A stretch of 61,591 nt of DNA, counting the filler, from Choristocarpus tenellus KU-1152 (Eukaryota; Protista; Phaeophyceae), in assembly GCA_964200185.2 (NCBI GenBank). It is 10 parts of 10 records of this genome, joined end to end, with 100 filler letters (N's around TTAATTAATTAA, not from the genome) between each part and the next. Parts side by side here need not be neighbours in the genome. Positions count along the whole stretch, not along the records: positions 29,960 to 39,630 come from CAXNAD020003484.1; positions 39,731 to 44,704 come from CAXNAD020012313.1; positions 44,805 to 50,108 come from CAXNAD020011215.1; 7 more parts are not named here. The stretch is one strand, 5' to 3'. Position 1 is the stretch's first letter. Each line of letters begins with the position of its first letter. This document shows positions 36,387 through 49,400 of this stretch, piece after piece. Below the pieces are notes generated by a model. It searched no databases. It had not been told where the DNA came from and saw only the letters and a list, made by a program, of their open reading frames with translations. The translations under genes and the position numbers were made by a program.

Positions 36387-38376
36387 TTAATGAGAACTGT
36401 TGTGCTGAGTCCCTCTCATGCTCTGGTCAACCCACAATGATACATCCTTGGCTAATTTTCGGTTGGCTTTGGCAATAACTCTAGACTTTTTTTCTCCTTC
36501 ATCCATGAAGCGCGCCGACATTTTTTGCCCTGCATCATCCACTGCTGCATTGGCCATATTCCTGTTTCCAAGTAGGGAATATGATTAGTCTTGGGGTCAT
36601 AATATGAAGCACTGTAGATTAGGGAGAAGATAAGAAATCAAAGACTCCATTTTTTTTGCGGGCATCAACATGTGAGTCTTTTCGAAAAGCTCAACTTGAG
36701 AAAGTGAACTTATTAGCCTAACGCTCAAATAAACTGCAAGTGGTAGTTACCTGGCATCTTTGGTGGCCAGCTTAACATGATTTTGAGCCAGATGACCTTT
36801 GCCACGAACATGAAACGCTTTGAAGCACAGTGACTTCAGCTTGAGTCTTTCTTCTCGCGGCTTGTTCATGTCAGACATACCTTTCTTGATTAAACTGATC
36901 AAAATTGTACTTTGTTCCACAACCTGAACCATTACAGGAGTCAAGGATGCAGGTAGTTAAGTTTGCGATTCTAGTTACTGAGAAAATTGTGGGCATCATA
37001 AACACAGCCTACTATCACACTTCAAAACACTCGAGTATCAAGAGAGTAAAATTGAGTTTGTCCGGTTTCAGGCATACCTCCTCATACTGCGCTGCCTTGG
37101 CACAACATCGGGCTATATTGAGTCGTGTTGCACAAGCTATGCATGGGATGCCTGACAAAGTAGTTATCCTGTCCATGTTCACTCCTTCCTCGTCCTGCCT
37201 GTCTAGACTCTCATCATACATGATGTCACAATGTCCTGTGTCCATCACATCAGACACCATTCCAAAGACAAACTTTGCTGGACCCTCACTGGCAACCCTC
37301 ACCAGTACAGTTGCACCTGAATGAACGAAATGATAAACAAGGACACATGTTAGCTCTTTGGTCAGGAGTAAATGGGATGTGAGTAATTCCAAGTCAGGAA
37401 CTTCTGCTAACCTCACCTTGCAACACATCATCGTTTTTCAACCTCAGAAGTGACTGGATAGGTTGGAAACTTCTCAACTTACAGATGGATAGACTGTGAT
37501 GTGTCAAGCACACCTGAAATTCTTTTCAAGAAGATGCCAATCGTGGAAGAGATAATACTTGAACGGGGAAGACACATGAACCTGCGAGACATCATCGGAG
37601 AGTTCTACGTTTACTGAAAACGTACCTCACGTCCTTTCGTTTTGTTGATAAGATTTTTCATGAACCGCAAGTCCTGGGCACCTCCAGATGATTAATTGTT
37701 ACACCTCGAGGACCTCCCTCCCCAACAACAGTAACCTGGGTTCTTGTTAGGCATCAGGGCGAGCGAAACTCACCTACGGCAACAGGGGGCTCCACGAACT
37801 GGAGAACTCGGTGGTATACCTCTGCAGCAGCACTCTCATCGCCAAGATTAAACAGACAATTTCCCATTGCCTTCAGCTGCTCTACTGCTGCTACAAGCTC
37901 CTCCGCTGGCTCCAAAGGTACATCAGCATCTAGGCTGCCATCAACCTCGAACTTCTCAAGACAGGTCAATCGTTCCCCCAGAAGACCGCACAACTCTTTA
38001 TCTTTGTCTTCATCTTTATGCCGGCTCCAACCCAAACGACCGAACCCCCACAGGAGAACATCGTAGTTTGGAGATCCCTCGATCTATTGACAGCATGTGG
38101 GACGACGATAGGGTTTTCTGCGAAGCACGCAACTTTACCCAGAGTTGATTCCAACTATTTTTTCTAGACTACCCATGCGACTTGTAGCAAGTGGATTCAC
38201 CAATTTTGCACTTTATCCATGCAGACGGCCACCAGATGCGGATGAAGATAAAGTCAAGGCTTACTTACAGGTTCTTGCTCTTCACTCACATCTTCCACGA
38301 AAGAAACAATTGCTCGGCAGGTTCTCCGTCCCGAGTCTAGATCAACCCTAACAGTGTCTCCAACTTGGTACACCAT
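36387..38376 (-). CDS. About 334-aa protein with two Tudor/SH3-like beta repeats and three TPR motifs
   Basis: Complete five-exon model 38269-38376 (ATG), 37774-38083, 37078-37316, 36751-36923 and 36387-36561 (TAA). TPR helices: LKAMGNCLFNLGDESAAAEVYHRVL; RLNIARCCAKAAQYEEVVEQSTILI; KAFHVRGKGHLAQNHVKLATKDA. Confidence 0.8.
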
Positions 38377-39730
38377 TATGCAGCGGAGAGCAACGAGTTC
38401 AACGGTTGAACGGAGAAAAACTACCTGCAGTACTCCTCCCAGCACTTACTAGTTGGGGGTGGTTGTACCAACCATCGTAGCATTACTGTTCAGTTTTTGT
38501 GGTGCTCTGGGGTTGTAGAGTATGTTATAACTGAGGAAAAAAAATTACGTTAGAAATATTATGTTTTATTGTGCGGTGTATAGAACATTATATAGTATAC
38601 TACGTAATACGAATTGTTGAAGTAGGTTAGAACCAAAATATAGTGAGTCGAAAGGACTAACTATATATATTGTACAATCTTGAAGATTCCATTATTTTGT
38701 TATTTGTTATCCATTGATAAATAGTTGTTGCATTTACAGTACTCCTTCAATAAATGTACTTCACAGTTTGACGTTTTGGATCTCCAATAAACCACGTCAT
38801 TGAACTTCACAAACCAAACGTGGGAAGAAGAAACAGAGTGGCAACGTTACAAATTAAGGAGGTAAGGAGGGGGGTAAATAGTAATACCCCCGTCCTACCA
38901 GATCTGGCGTCACACACATGCAGACAGTGGCACCCCTCCCTGGTGGCTCGCTTGAGCAGAAAGGGGCAGCGATACAGCGACTGAGGGCAGGCCCTATCCG
39001 TAACCCAGGTCTTAACCAGTACAGCATTTTGGTAGAGGATCAAATGGAAGCTGGAGAGAACAGTGCGAATGCTGAGTTCGATATGAAAACCTGTATGGAA
39101 TGTCAACTACAGCACGCCCAGAAGATCGTTGATGATGCCATCAGCAGGATCAACCATTGCCAAAGGTTAAAGGTTGTTGCCGTGCAAACCCCCAACACGA
39201 AGATAAGTTTTAACCTGCCTGAACCCATCAACCTCAATTCACCCAACTCACAAACCTTAAACCGCCTAGTAGTGATCAAGTACCCTTTACACAACGATTT
39301 ACCACCTATGCGTTTCTGGGACTTTTGGGAACAGGGTCGCCCTCGAAGCTTAAAGTCTGTACTCTTGTAGGGGGATAGGTATGGTTAACCTCCTGTCTGT
39401 TGATCCTAACTGCCTCACGTACGATCAAATTTTGGGAGACATGTGTAATGCGTCCTTTTCAACACCAAACCCTCAGAGGAACGAGAGCAGACCAAGCACG
39501 TGTTTGTTCCCATCATGGGATGATTTTGAGTGAAACCAATTGAGAGGTAGTGTGAGAGCCACATTCCACAGAAGGTATACCCTGAAGGTTACCTATCTTG
39601 AACATCATGTAGAAGGTATACCCTGAAGGTNNNNNNNNNNNNNNNNNNNNNNNNNNNNNNNNNNNNNNNNNNNNTTAATTAATTAANNNNNNNNNNNNNN
39701 NNNNNNNNNNNNNNNNNNNNNNNNNNNNNN

Positions 39731-39798
39731 CACTTTTCCTAGTTTTGGTCCAAATGGATTCTCTGGTGTAGACCCCCCCCCCCCAGATACTTTGGGTC
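39731..39798 (+). mobile_element. MITE family B, terminal fragment at contig start
   Basis: ...CCAAATGGA...GGTGTAGA(C)nAGATACTTTGGGTC. Confidence 0.75.
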
Positions 39799-40259
39799 AG
39801 TGATGCAATGATTGAGCGAGAACCAAACGCTGTCAAGAGCCCAGTTGTAGATTTGTTGATCAATATTGATCAGACTTCACGCCCATGTCTTGGAAACACG
39901 TCGTACAAGTAGCTGGCCGCGTGTCCCTAAGCAGTGAAGTATCTTCAATCTCTTGAGGGTTGGCATCGATACACTTCAAAGTACAAACTACAGTCAGTGA
40001 AACCACCGTGAAGAAACTAACTGAACAGTGACTGGCAAGAGTCAACGGACAATGGCCAGGACGAAGTATGCAGAGATGCTTATCACCCTATTCCCTTCCT
40101 TGGAGGTCACATTCGCTCAAGGTAACTACTCCAACACATCGTCCCCATCCGTTCCAAAGAACGTTCCATTCCTTCCCCCCTTCCTTGCTTAATCCCATCC
40201 CCACACCCATATAATCAAGAAGAGGCGCTTCTAATCCGAACAATTGACGTGGAACTTAC

Positions 40260-43200
40260 CCAGGTGATGGCGATTCGACGGCCTCCTTCGCCCTCACTGC
40301 CTTGACCTTGGTAAGGAACTGGAAAACTACTTCTCGGGCTTCTGTCTTGCACTGATCGTGAGCATTAGGCAGGAGTGTTTGAAGCTATGGTTGGATAAGC
40401 GCTGAGGTGAACACTCATTCTTGACACCGGTGAGAGAGGACGAATGAGAACTTCAACAACTCCAAGACAAGAGTTTGGAACATATATGAACGCTCATTCT
40501 TGACACCGGTGAGAGAGGACGAATGAGAACTTCAAAAACTCCAAGACAAGAGTTTGGAACATAAGTGCTGAGGTGAACACTCATTCTTGACACCGGTGAG
40601 AGAGGACGAATGAGAACTTCAACAACTCCAAGACAAGAGTTTGGAACATACGTGCTGAGGTGAACACTTATTCTTGACACTGGTGAGATAGGACGAATGA
40701 GAACATCAACAACTCCAAGACAAGAGTTTGGAACTCAGAGATGGATAATGAAGGGGGTGGGGAGTCATATGAGTAGGGGTAGGGTTAGCTGTTGTATCGG
40801 TGCTCCAAACTTGCGGTTTGTACTGATAATGTATCTCATATATTTCTGTGAGACATCGTCTGCGTTAGTTAGTGAGGTAGGGAGATTTCAAGAACAATTG
40901 AATGTTCCTATTATAACAGAGTGTTCAATTAAGATAAAATCACTAATGCGCTTGCTTGGATGTTTTGAAGTGTGTAAGATGAGAAAAACCATAATGTTAT
41001 CATTCACTTTGATGCCCGCCTGTGGCATCAACCGACCAAAGCATATTGATTTCAATATCCAATGTATCTCTGATGACCGCCCACTCAACAAGAATCAAAC
41101 TATTTCATTCTGAATTTTCAAGTTTAACAACGAACCTACTAAAACACTTATTCTACCAATAGAACTGAGTCGCAGAGACACTCAGGTGTGTTGGGCACTT
41201 AACGGCAACCCATAGGATATAGAATCAAATCTACCCGTACCCCCTACCCCCTACCCCCTAACCATAACCCCAAAATACATACAAGTGTTGCAACTTCTTG
41301 ACTGCTCCTTAAATGTCTGTATGGAAATGTAAAGTGTTTAGCGCCAATACTGCATTAGCAATTTTGCGGGTGGACGATGCAATGATGATTTTGAAAGAGG
41401 GGTGCAAGCATTCTGGAAGAGCAATAGCTTTAGCCTCCCTCCCCCCACCGGGTTATTCGACACTCCTTTCATATGGAGTACACTTTCAATGAGACATTCT
41501 ATACCGCGTTCCTGGGCGCCCATTTTTTCCCTCCAGAAACAGCGTGTACTAAGAGCCTTGAGGGCACCGCATGCATACACATCGGCCGATTTCCTCGCTG
41601 TCAGAGTTGTTAATATGTTTCGGAATATCAAATGTGGTAGAAAGTTCGACTTTCACAACGTAACTAGGTGATATGATAGCTCAGAAGCCATTCACTGTTC
41701 CAGCGACTGTTCGCGCACTAGTGAGAGATACAAACAAATGACCCGCTTGAGCAATTGTTTTTCCTGTTAAAACCAAAACGAAAAGGAGGCAATCGAAGCA
41801 CCCTCGCATCCAATGTTTTTTCGAAATTTCTAGAGTAGGAGCAAGGAGTGGAGTAAGGGAAATTGATTTGGTGAGTCTTGTCCTTGCCTTGATTGAGGTA
41901 GCCAGTCCTTTGAGGAAGCTCAGGTGATGCAAGTGCACCAGGAACACATGTGTCTTGGTTGCCTCACTCTCTTCCCTGTCCAGGTTGGATTATGGTTACA
42001 AGAAGGAAGAGGAAGAGACATGTAAGGAGGTGGTTAGTATTGTGTGAAGCCTGAAGTGGTAACGGTACGGCACCACAGAAAATTCTCAATCAATTCTCAG
42101 GGATCCCTTAGTCAAGAGCCTTTTGTCTTGAAGACGCTTGTTAGTGGTAGCTCAGTGTGCGGCCGACATACTGGTGGGTCTTCTCTGTTCGAAGTTGAGC
42201 AAATGTTGAGAGTATTGGGCATAACAAGCAAAACTGTAGGCTTCTGCTGTTGTAACACTTGCCATGTTTCATATTTTGTCAACGTTCTCTACAAACCTGT
42301 TTGTGGGATGTTTGTTCCTATGTCCCACAATACATGAAAATATTAAGAAAGACAAGCGTTTCAAATGCCATTTTTATGAAAAGTGATAGTGTTCTCAGCC
42401 CTTTTCTCCACCCCCAATCGTCCCAGCAGAAATCGTTTCCTACAAGTCTTGAAATATCTATGCTCTTGTTAGTATGACAGGTGTATAGTGTTTGTGCTTA
42501 CGGTGCAAAATCTACGAGAGCATGTTGCCAGTACCGTGCATTGTTCAATGTTCCAGATGTGCATCGGCTTTGGTGCTACCCACAGCCTGCATATGACCAC
42601 TTTCTTTCACAGTTGGAATCGGGTTGCACTCTCATCAAAATGTGAAATCTGATGTCGTACCCAACATTTTTCAAAGTTTCAACAGGTTCCACCCCAGAAT
42701 TGGATCCCCTGTTCACCACATACCTTCCACCTGATGTCCCACTCATCCCCACCCATCAAATCAGCAATGGTAACCATCAGCCTTTAGAGCATAAGAACAA
42801 AACGTGCCAAGAGACTTACCTCTCCATCCCCCTTGGTTCTCTTCTAAAATCCATATCCTGCAGTGAACCCACTGCCGTATTCACCTGACCATGACCATAA
42901 CCGAGGGTTGGAAGGGGTTGGAAAGGGGTCACCGCTCGATAGGAGGAGATGGTGCATGGAAATCGAAGTAGGAAAGGGTTTGAGATGTTGGGTGTCGGTT
43001 GGGGTCGAAGCTGCATAACATGATGAAGGTGGAGGACAGAAGTTGGGGATTAGGATAATAGGGGTGAGGTGTGTACCATTTCGGGATCGTAGATAGGGAG
43101 ACATATGTCGAGGCAGGTGCTGTGAGTCACAGAGGATGCGAGTACAGATTTTGAAATTAACTGCCTGGTGATCTTTCCGGCCGATTGATTTTGCCAACCC

Positions 43201-43719
43201 TGAGGAAAGAGAGCTTTGAATAGGACTACAATGCTCGAATCTCACCCACAATTGCAAAAAATGTTTCTTTCCAAGGAGAACCCCTTCTTTCCGTTATTTT
43301 TTGCAATATATATACTCCAGTATCTTGTAACCGAGAATCACTAGAGAATGAGAGACAAACCCAAAACTATAATTTCCAGTGAGACCTGTCGCAAGGTTGG
43401 TATTATGTCTTCCCTCTGTGCTCCATAAGAATTCCAACACCAGGACATGAGAAAATGATCAAAATCGCTATGCATACCTATCTCAAGGTGCAAAGAGAGG
43501 CCACCAATTTCAAACCCAACTTTTCCATGCATCTCCTCAATAATCAAAGTTAATGCCCGTATCTTAGGGTATACTATGTCTTGTGTTCGGTCTGAGGCTG
43601 AACGAAATCTGAGCCCACCTCTTCTTCGCAACAATGTAGATCACTTCCATTGCAGAGCATGGTCGAATTGACTTCCACTTTACCCATGCCCTCAACGCGG
43701 CCCATGCTACGGATGTCAT
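40260..43719 (-). CDS. Possible multi-exon gene of unknown function
   Basis: Exon-like segments with good splice signals: 43619-43719, 42820-42884 and one starting at 41975 are mutually phase-compatible; others lie at about 41450-41600 and 40260-40352. No family recognised. Confidence 0.3.
40398..40734. repeat. 87-bp tandem repeat, about 4 units (one 79 bp)
   Basis: Unit GCTGAGGTGAACACTCATTCTTGACACCGGTGAGAGAGGACGAATGAGAACTTCAACAACTCCAAGACAAGAGTTTGGAACAT... Confidence 0.9.
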
Positions 43720-44434
43720 CTGAATGGACCGATGTCAGGGTGGAGTGAGCAGCAGACAGGTGCGTATCCAACAATAAAGCAAAGGTAAGAGCAACATTGG
43801 GCAGAGCATGAGTTAGACTGCAATTTCCATAAGATCAACAAAGGAAGAGGTTGAGGAGAAGCAACGGAGAGGTACTGTTGCCCCCATGGTTGGATCTGAG
43901 TTCTCAGGTCACCACGCTTATGACGATTTGGTAGATATTCGGATTGACTTTAGCGTCAGCATGTCAAGTTGTAAGCACATCACAATGTATCACTGCCCAC
44001 TGGATATATTGACAGTCAAGTACCTACTTCCCAGGGGTATACTGATCAATTTCAAATTGACTCTTACTGAGCGGGTCAAATTTGGGCTAAGGTGCACTGG
44101 GCATTAGTTCAGGAATTGGGTGCAATTATTGTGAGTATAAAAATTGGAAGGAAACATACATGTTTGTAGTATTCTTGACTTGGACTGTTTCCTCAGGTGC
44201 ACGGGCGCCGTAGTCGATAGTAATGGAGAGCAAATACAACTTATTACTATGATATTCATATTTACTGAAAGTATAAGGGCATTCCAACTTTCCAAATTCA
44301 GGATTAGTATTGATACAAATGTAGCGCCAGTACTAGTATCAATATATGTACAATTGCATGCAATACATACTTTAACTCTGCATCCTAACTCACCCACAAC
44401 AACAGGCACAGTGTGAGTCTCCAACCACAACAAT

Positions 44435-44614
44435 GACTCAGAGTCTTGGGGTGTGTGTGTGTGTGGCGACTGTCCATTCAGGGCCCATTTTTCCATATCT
44501 CGATTTTTGGGTGATTTGGTTGCATGCGTCGGATGGATAATGTGTGATCACTTCTCCTGGTAAGGGCCCAAGTGGAAACCCTGGAGTAGACTCCCCCACC
44601 AGATATTTTGAGTG
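44435..44614 (+). mobile_element. MITE family B, diverged copy
   Basis: Interior matches 46284-46464; AAT on both flanks. Confidence 0.7.
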
Positions 44615-44804
44615 AATCTCTTAGATCTCGTGCTCGATTAGACTCTTCCAACTCTATCGGACAGTTACGGTAAAATATGTATGGAGTAATGGAACAATCA
44701 ATTANNNNNNNNNNNNNNNNNNNNNNNNNNNNNNNNNNNNNNNNNNNNTTAATTAATTAANNNNNNNNNNNNNNNNNNNNNNNNNNNNNNNNNNNNNNNN
44801 NNNN

Positions 44805-45459
44805 CATTTTTATTAGAGGCATTCTGGGGGAGATAGGCACACTACAGGACCAGACTCCCTGGTTCTGTGACAACCGTGGTGCTATTCAGGCGGGAAGCAT
44901 CACAGGTTTCAATGGCAGGACTAAGCACATAGATATGAAGTTGAAGTGTACCACCAGAGAGTATGTAGATAAAGGCATATTTCACATCGAGTATATTCCA
45001 ACACACTAGCAATTGGCAGACGTGCTAACCAAGTCTTCACGCAAGAGTTTTATTTCTGATTTTGTGCATTCAGTACTTTCGCGTCGAGAGTACGCTTTAG
45101 TCAGCAACTTTGCTGCACGCTCATGGGGGAGTGTGCAATATAGGCTAGGCAGTCTATAGGGAGTAATATATGTAGTGAACAGTGGAATACAACAGAAGTA
45201 TTGATTGAGTAGAGTAAGGGTCAAGGATTTGATTTGGTGTGCTTCGAGTTGTAAGTTTGAGTCTCGATGGGTTGGTTTCTTATTTTGTTCAATATAGGTG
45301 GCTGACGTAGTGTGACTGACACAGACACATTTTGACGTGTCTGATGACGTGCGCAATAGATAATAATATAAGGAAGAGCACNNNNNNNCTGTGCTCACTC
45401 CGCTAATAAATAAATCCATACAACTTAAAGCAAAGACTCTATTGGAGTTCTCTTTTGCA
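44805..45459 (+). mobile_element. Ty1/Copia LTR retrotransposon 3' end: RNase H remnant, PPT and 3' LTR (about 45134-45459)
   Basis: FCDNRGAIQAGSITGFNGRTKHIDMKLK...YIPTH*QLADVLTK is Copia RNase H (DNxxAI, RTKHID, QxADxLTK) with one stop. PPT GGGGGAG at 45125-45131; LTR bounded by TGCAA...TTGCA with TATAAG (about 45367) and AATAAA (about 45405). Confidence 0.88.
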
Positions 45460-46235
45460 TAGTACCTGCACCCCAACGAGGACCCCCCCAAACCCCCAAT
45501 GGCATCGAATAAGTGATTTATGAAGATGGTTTTCCTTGGAGCTGTGGCGTGCTCTAGGAACCTCTCCAACGGGGTGTGGTTGGATGGGAAATCGAGATCT
45601 GGTCAATTGCGATACTGAGGTCTCTCAGCGCTCGAGTAAACACCGCCCCAAGGGTACCAAGATGCTTGTGCCATCCATGGTGGATGGGGAAAGGTATAAG
45701 AAGCTCATGATCGAGGATGTCATCCTGGCAATCATGTCCCGCATGCCTAGGCCAGGACACGCCACCTCTTTGTGCAGCAGGACGGGGCAAAGTCATGCAC
45801 CAAGGGAGGGGTCACAGAAGGAATTGAGGAGGTAGTGAGGGACGACAATGTCATAGAGACCCAGCCAGCAAACTCACCTGATCTCAACCTCAATGACCTG
45901 GGATTCTCACTCCATCCAGCAACTGAAGAAAGACGTGGGAGTGACCAACACAGATGCTAAAAGTACCTGGGAGGGGGGTCTACACCAGGGTGTTCATTCG
46001 GGCCCTGATCAGGAAGAGTGCACTTACATTATCCATCCGAAATCAAATCACACAAAAATCGTGACATGGAAAAGTGGACCCCAAATGGACTGCCGCCACC
46101 CCCCCCTGATACTCTGAGCCCAAAGGACCTGGTGCAGCTCGCAGTGGAGGTATTTGATGTGTACCCCAGGAGACACTAGAGCGCGTCTGGCAGACCCTCT
46201 TTGTAGTCTACGGTGAAGTGCTGGGGTCCAAGGGT
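45460..46235 (+). pseudogene. Mariner-type (DD39D-like; 37-residue D-D spacing here) transposase remnant
   Basis: YLHPNEDPP..SNK*FMKMVFLGAVA / QRSSKHRPKGT / QQDGAK...QPANSPDLNLNDLG / SIQQLK / LERVWQTLF..GEVLGSKG are motifs of plant/oomycete mariner-like transposases; frameshifted and interrupted by a MITE. Confidence 0.85.
45955..46120 (-). mobile_element. MITE family B inserted in the mariner transposase
   Basis: Flanks CAGA/CAAA; removing the element plus 4 bp restores the frame VTNTEDLVQLAVE. Confidence 0.78.
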
Positions 46236-46283
46236 GAGAGTGTCTTCAAAATTCCCCATCTTTGAAAGGAAAAGGTTGATATA

Positions 46284-46464
46284 GGCTCTAAGTATCTGGG
46301 GGAGGGGGGCGGCTGTCCATTTGGGGTCAATTTTTTTATGTCGCAATTCTTGGGTGATTTGGTGGCATACGTCGGATGGATAATGTAAATGCACTTTTCC
46401 TGATTTTGCCCCAAATGGACACCCTGGTGTAGACTGCCCCCCCCCCCCACAGATGCTTTGGTCG
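46284..46464 (+). mobile_element. MITE family B (about 180 bp)
   Basis: GGCTCTAAGTATCTGGGG ... CCCACAGATGCTTTGGTCG, flanked by TATA/TATA. Confidence 0.8.
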
Positions 46465-49400
46465 TATAAGGCAGGCAAGCTGCGCTCGAATTCCCCAGTG
46501 GATGCAGCAAAATACTGTGCTGGAATGTAGTTTTGGAGGAATCTGGGGGTGGAATAATAGATAGATGTAGGCTGCCCCATATTGCTTGAGATTTTGGTGG
46601 GCAGCCTTTTTGTGTCTGCACAATATACCCATAAAGGATGAACATGTGAAAAAAAATGATGCTGCTACATTGAAGCTGCAAATGTATGTTACATATTATT
46701 CCAGACAGAGGAAATAATCAAGAAGTATAATATATAAAATCTAGGACTTCAAGGTCAAAATGGCATTTGTGAAATCGCAATTTGTGAAAGCACCATTATG
46801 ATGTGTATCACTTGTGACAAATGTGTCAGAAGTGACAAAGTGTGTGTGAATAATTATTTCAGCCTGAAAAAGGTCGAGAGAAGTCATCAGAAGCTGTAAT
46901 ACAAGTGAAAACTTCTGGATTATTATTTAGATAGATATTTTACACAGTAAGAACTCTCACTATATAGCAAACCAAACAATCCCTTTTGGATTGTCCACAC
47001 ACATACCTTCTGCTGGCTCTGGTTATAGTGATTAATTCAAGTACCTTCTGGTATATGGAATGCTTTGGGGAGACGCATTAGCAAGTTGTACCAGTCCTGA
47101 ACCATTCTCACCATTCCGTGTCTCTCACTCTTCAGGATCTTGGGCATTAAGTGAACCTATATAATGGGACGAACAGATATGTGGTTCCAACTCAGCATCT
47201 CAAGTGGTAAACTGTGGCTCATCACTAGCGGTAGGTATAAGAGTTTCTGGTTTGGGGGGTATGAAGCTCTTTCCTGGAGACGAAATGGGGTAGGCTATAC
47301 CTGAGGATGCATCTCTATCTGAAGTGAAATATTGAAAGGGTGAGTAACACGATAGATGGAAAGTATAGCAGTGTCACTCTTTGTTGAATGATAAGATCTG
47401 AGTGAGTCAGTGGCAGGTTGCTCCAAGAGTATGAAAGACACTATTTTCAAGAAATACACCCTCAGCGCCAAAGGTGGGTAACGCTAAATCTTCATCTGGA
47501 ATAGTGTTGTCACATAATAGAGGAGAAAACCTGAAAAACTACACGATAGTCAAGGCACTGCCATCCGAGGAAAAAAGGTTGATGGCACCCGATGGAATTA
47601 GGCCTTGTTGAAGTCTTAGTAGTACGAGGGTTATGGTCTGCACCTCTCAAGGAAAACTCTGCCGTGAACAATGTTTGTTCTGGACATGTCAAGGACAAGA
47701 TTGTGCTTGTGGTGCAAGCGATCCTGAAAACAATCTATGCTTGTTTTGTTAGCAATCCCATCGAATATCTGGCAGGGGTCCACTGTACAGCCAAAAGAAC
47801 TATTGGGGTTACTGTATATCCTGGACCCCGTCAACATATACTGAAGTTTCTATTCTATGCCTCATCTGTTTTGGTCTTCTTCTCCGCTTCAGAAACATGT
47901 TCCGGCACTCCCGACATATCTATGTAGTCCCAGCACTAAGCACATTCATGATTCGGATTCCACCGCTTGCAGTGGAGATTTTGATAGAGGTTAATGAGGT
48001 GAAGGATGCTTAATCTGCATCATACGAATTCATCTGGCGCTGGAGCAATCAATGCGTTAACAGTTCAGGCTGCAGACATTGTGTTCAATTCGTTTGTTTG
48101 AGGCTCTTGAAGGGTGGCAATCTGCGTTGAGGAGACCAAGGGCTGCGAGGAATGAGTGGAAGATATGGCAGAGACAGCGCTAGGCAAATTCAGAGAGCCA
48201 AAGGGGTGTAGACAAGGGCAAGTACATGGGCATATCTTTTCCCGTAAGGGTGTTGACTTCATGGCGATTTGTATGATTGAGGCCTTCTGACAAGCTAGAT
48301 CTTCAATGGCGATATCTGGTTGATATATTTTCGGTCGCTAGAGTCTGTGAACAAACGGTCAACTGTTGTGGTAAACCTACCGAGAAGTGTCTGAAACACA
48401 GGGCATATGCTTCAAGGGTTAATTTATCTGTTGCGAAATGTCTGCCCACTGCCTACCTGGTCACCCATAATGGCATTTGTGCAAATGAATTGTTGGCAAA
48501 AAGTTGCATAATTGGGCCCTTGTTTTGGGGACCACCAAAGGCGCAGGATTTGTGGAATTATTCTGCATTCAAAGTGCTTGCGGTTGCGTGTGAGCGCCAC
48601 TGAACTTTGTTTCCCATGCTCTGGAAATATAGCATGCTAGCATTGGAATCCAAGATCAAAGGTATGTAGGCCATGCCTGCATGATCAACGTAGGTGTGCC
48701 ACATTGTGATTTGTGGAGCTGAAGTGTGAATTGCATATGAAAACTTGTCAAAAGCGTGTAGACATCGGTCGTGGATGATGAAAGACGCAAGTTTTGAGGA
48801 AAATTAGATAATGATGATATTTGCCGGCATAGTATGGGAAATAGATGTAGACTGCTCTACATTTGTCACATCTCTTGTCACCATGAGCTTCATTGTAAGG
48901 TCCATGTTTAGTGGGCGTTTTGCCTTGTCTTGCTGTTGTAATTCAATGTTGATCAAGGTGATACACAGGTCTGGGGTAGATGATGGCTCTTGAGCTGGAG
49001 GGGGCATATACCTGTGGTGACACTGGTGGGACATTCTGAGAGGTTTGTAGGCTAGGCGGAGGAGGTGCTTGGGAAAACCAATGAATGATTATTCATGGAC
49101 CCTGGTCCACTACCCAGAAGCCTGTGTTGATGAAGATTCCAGGTGATTGGTGGATAAGTTTCCTCCCATCCTCCAGGAGACCTCATTGAAGGAATTGAGG
49201 GTCTTGGTCATATAATTTTGGTAAAGGAAGTTTTGCAAGTTCACTTTCCTTGAACTATTCCACCATGAGAATGTAGCAACAGTTCTCAGTGGCGTGGAAG
49301 GTGTTGTTCTCTCTCAAGGACAGAGTTATTTGCTGATCACAATGATGTGGCATATGCACACAGGGCAGGTATGTGGTGCCCAAAGTACGAACAGTGTACT

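Noticed and set aside
38918-39370. 150-aa plus-strand ORF divergent from the TPR gene
   Set aside because: Exon-like, but no stop-free upstream exon could be joined and no family was recognised; left uncalled.
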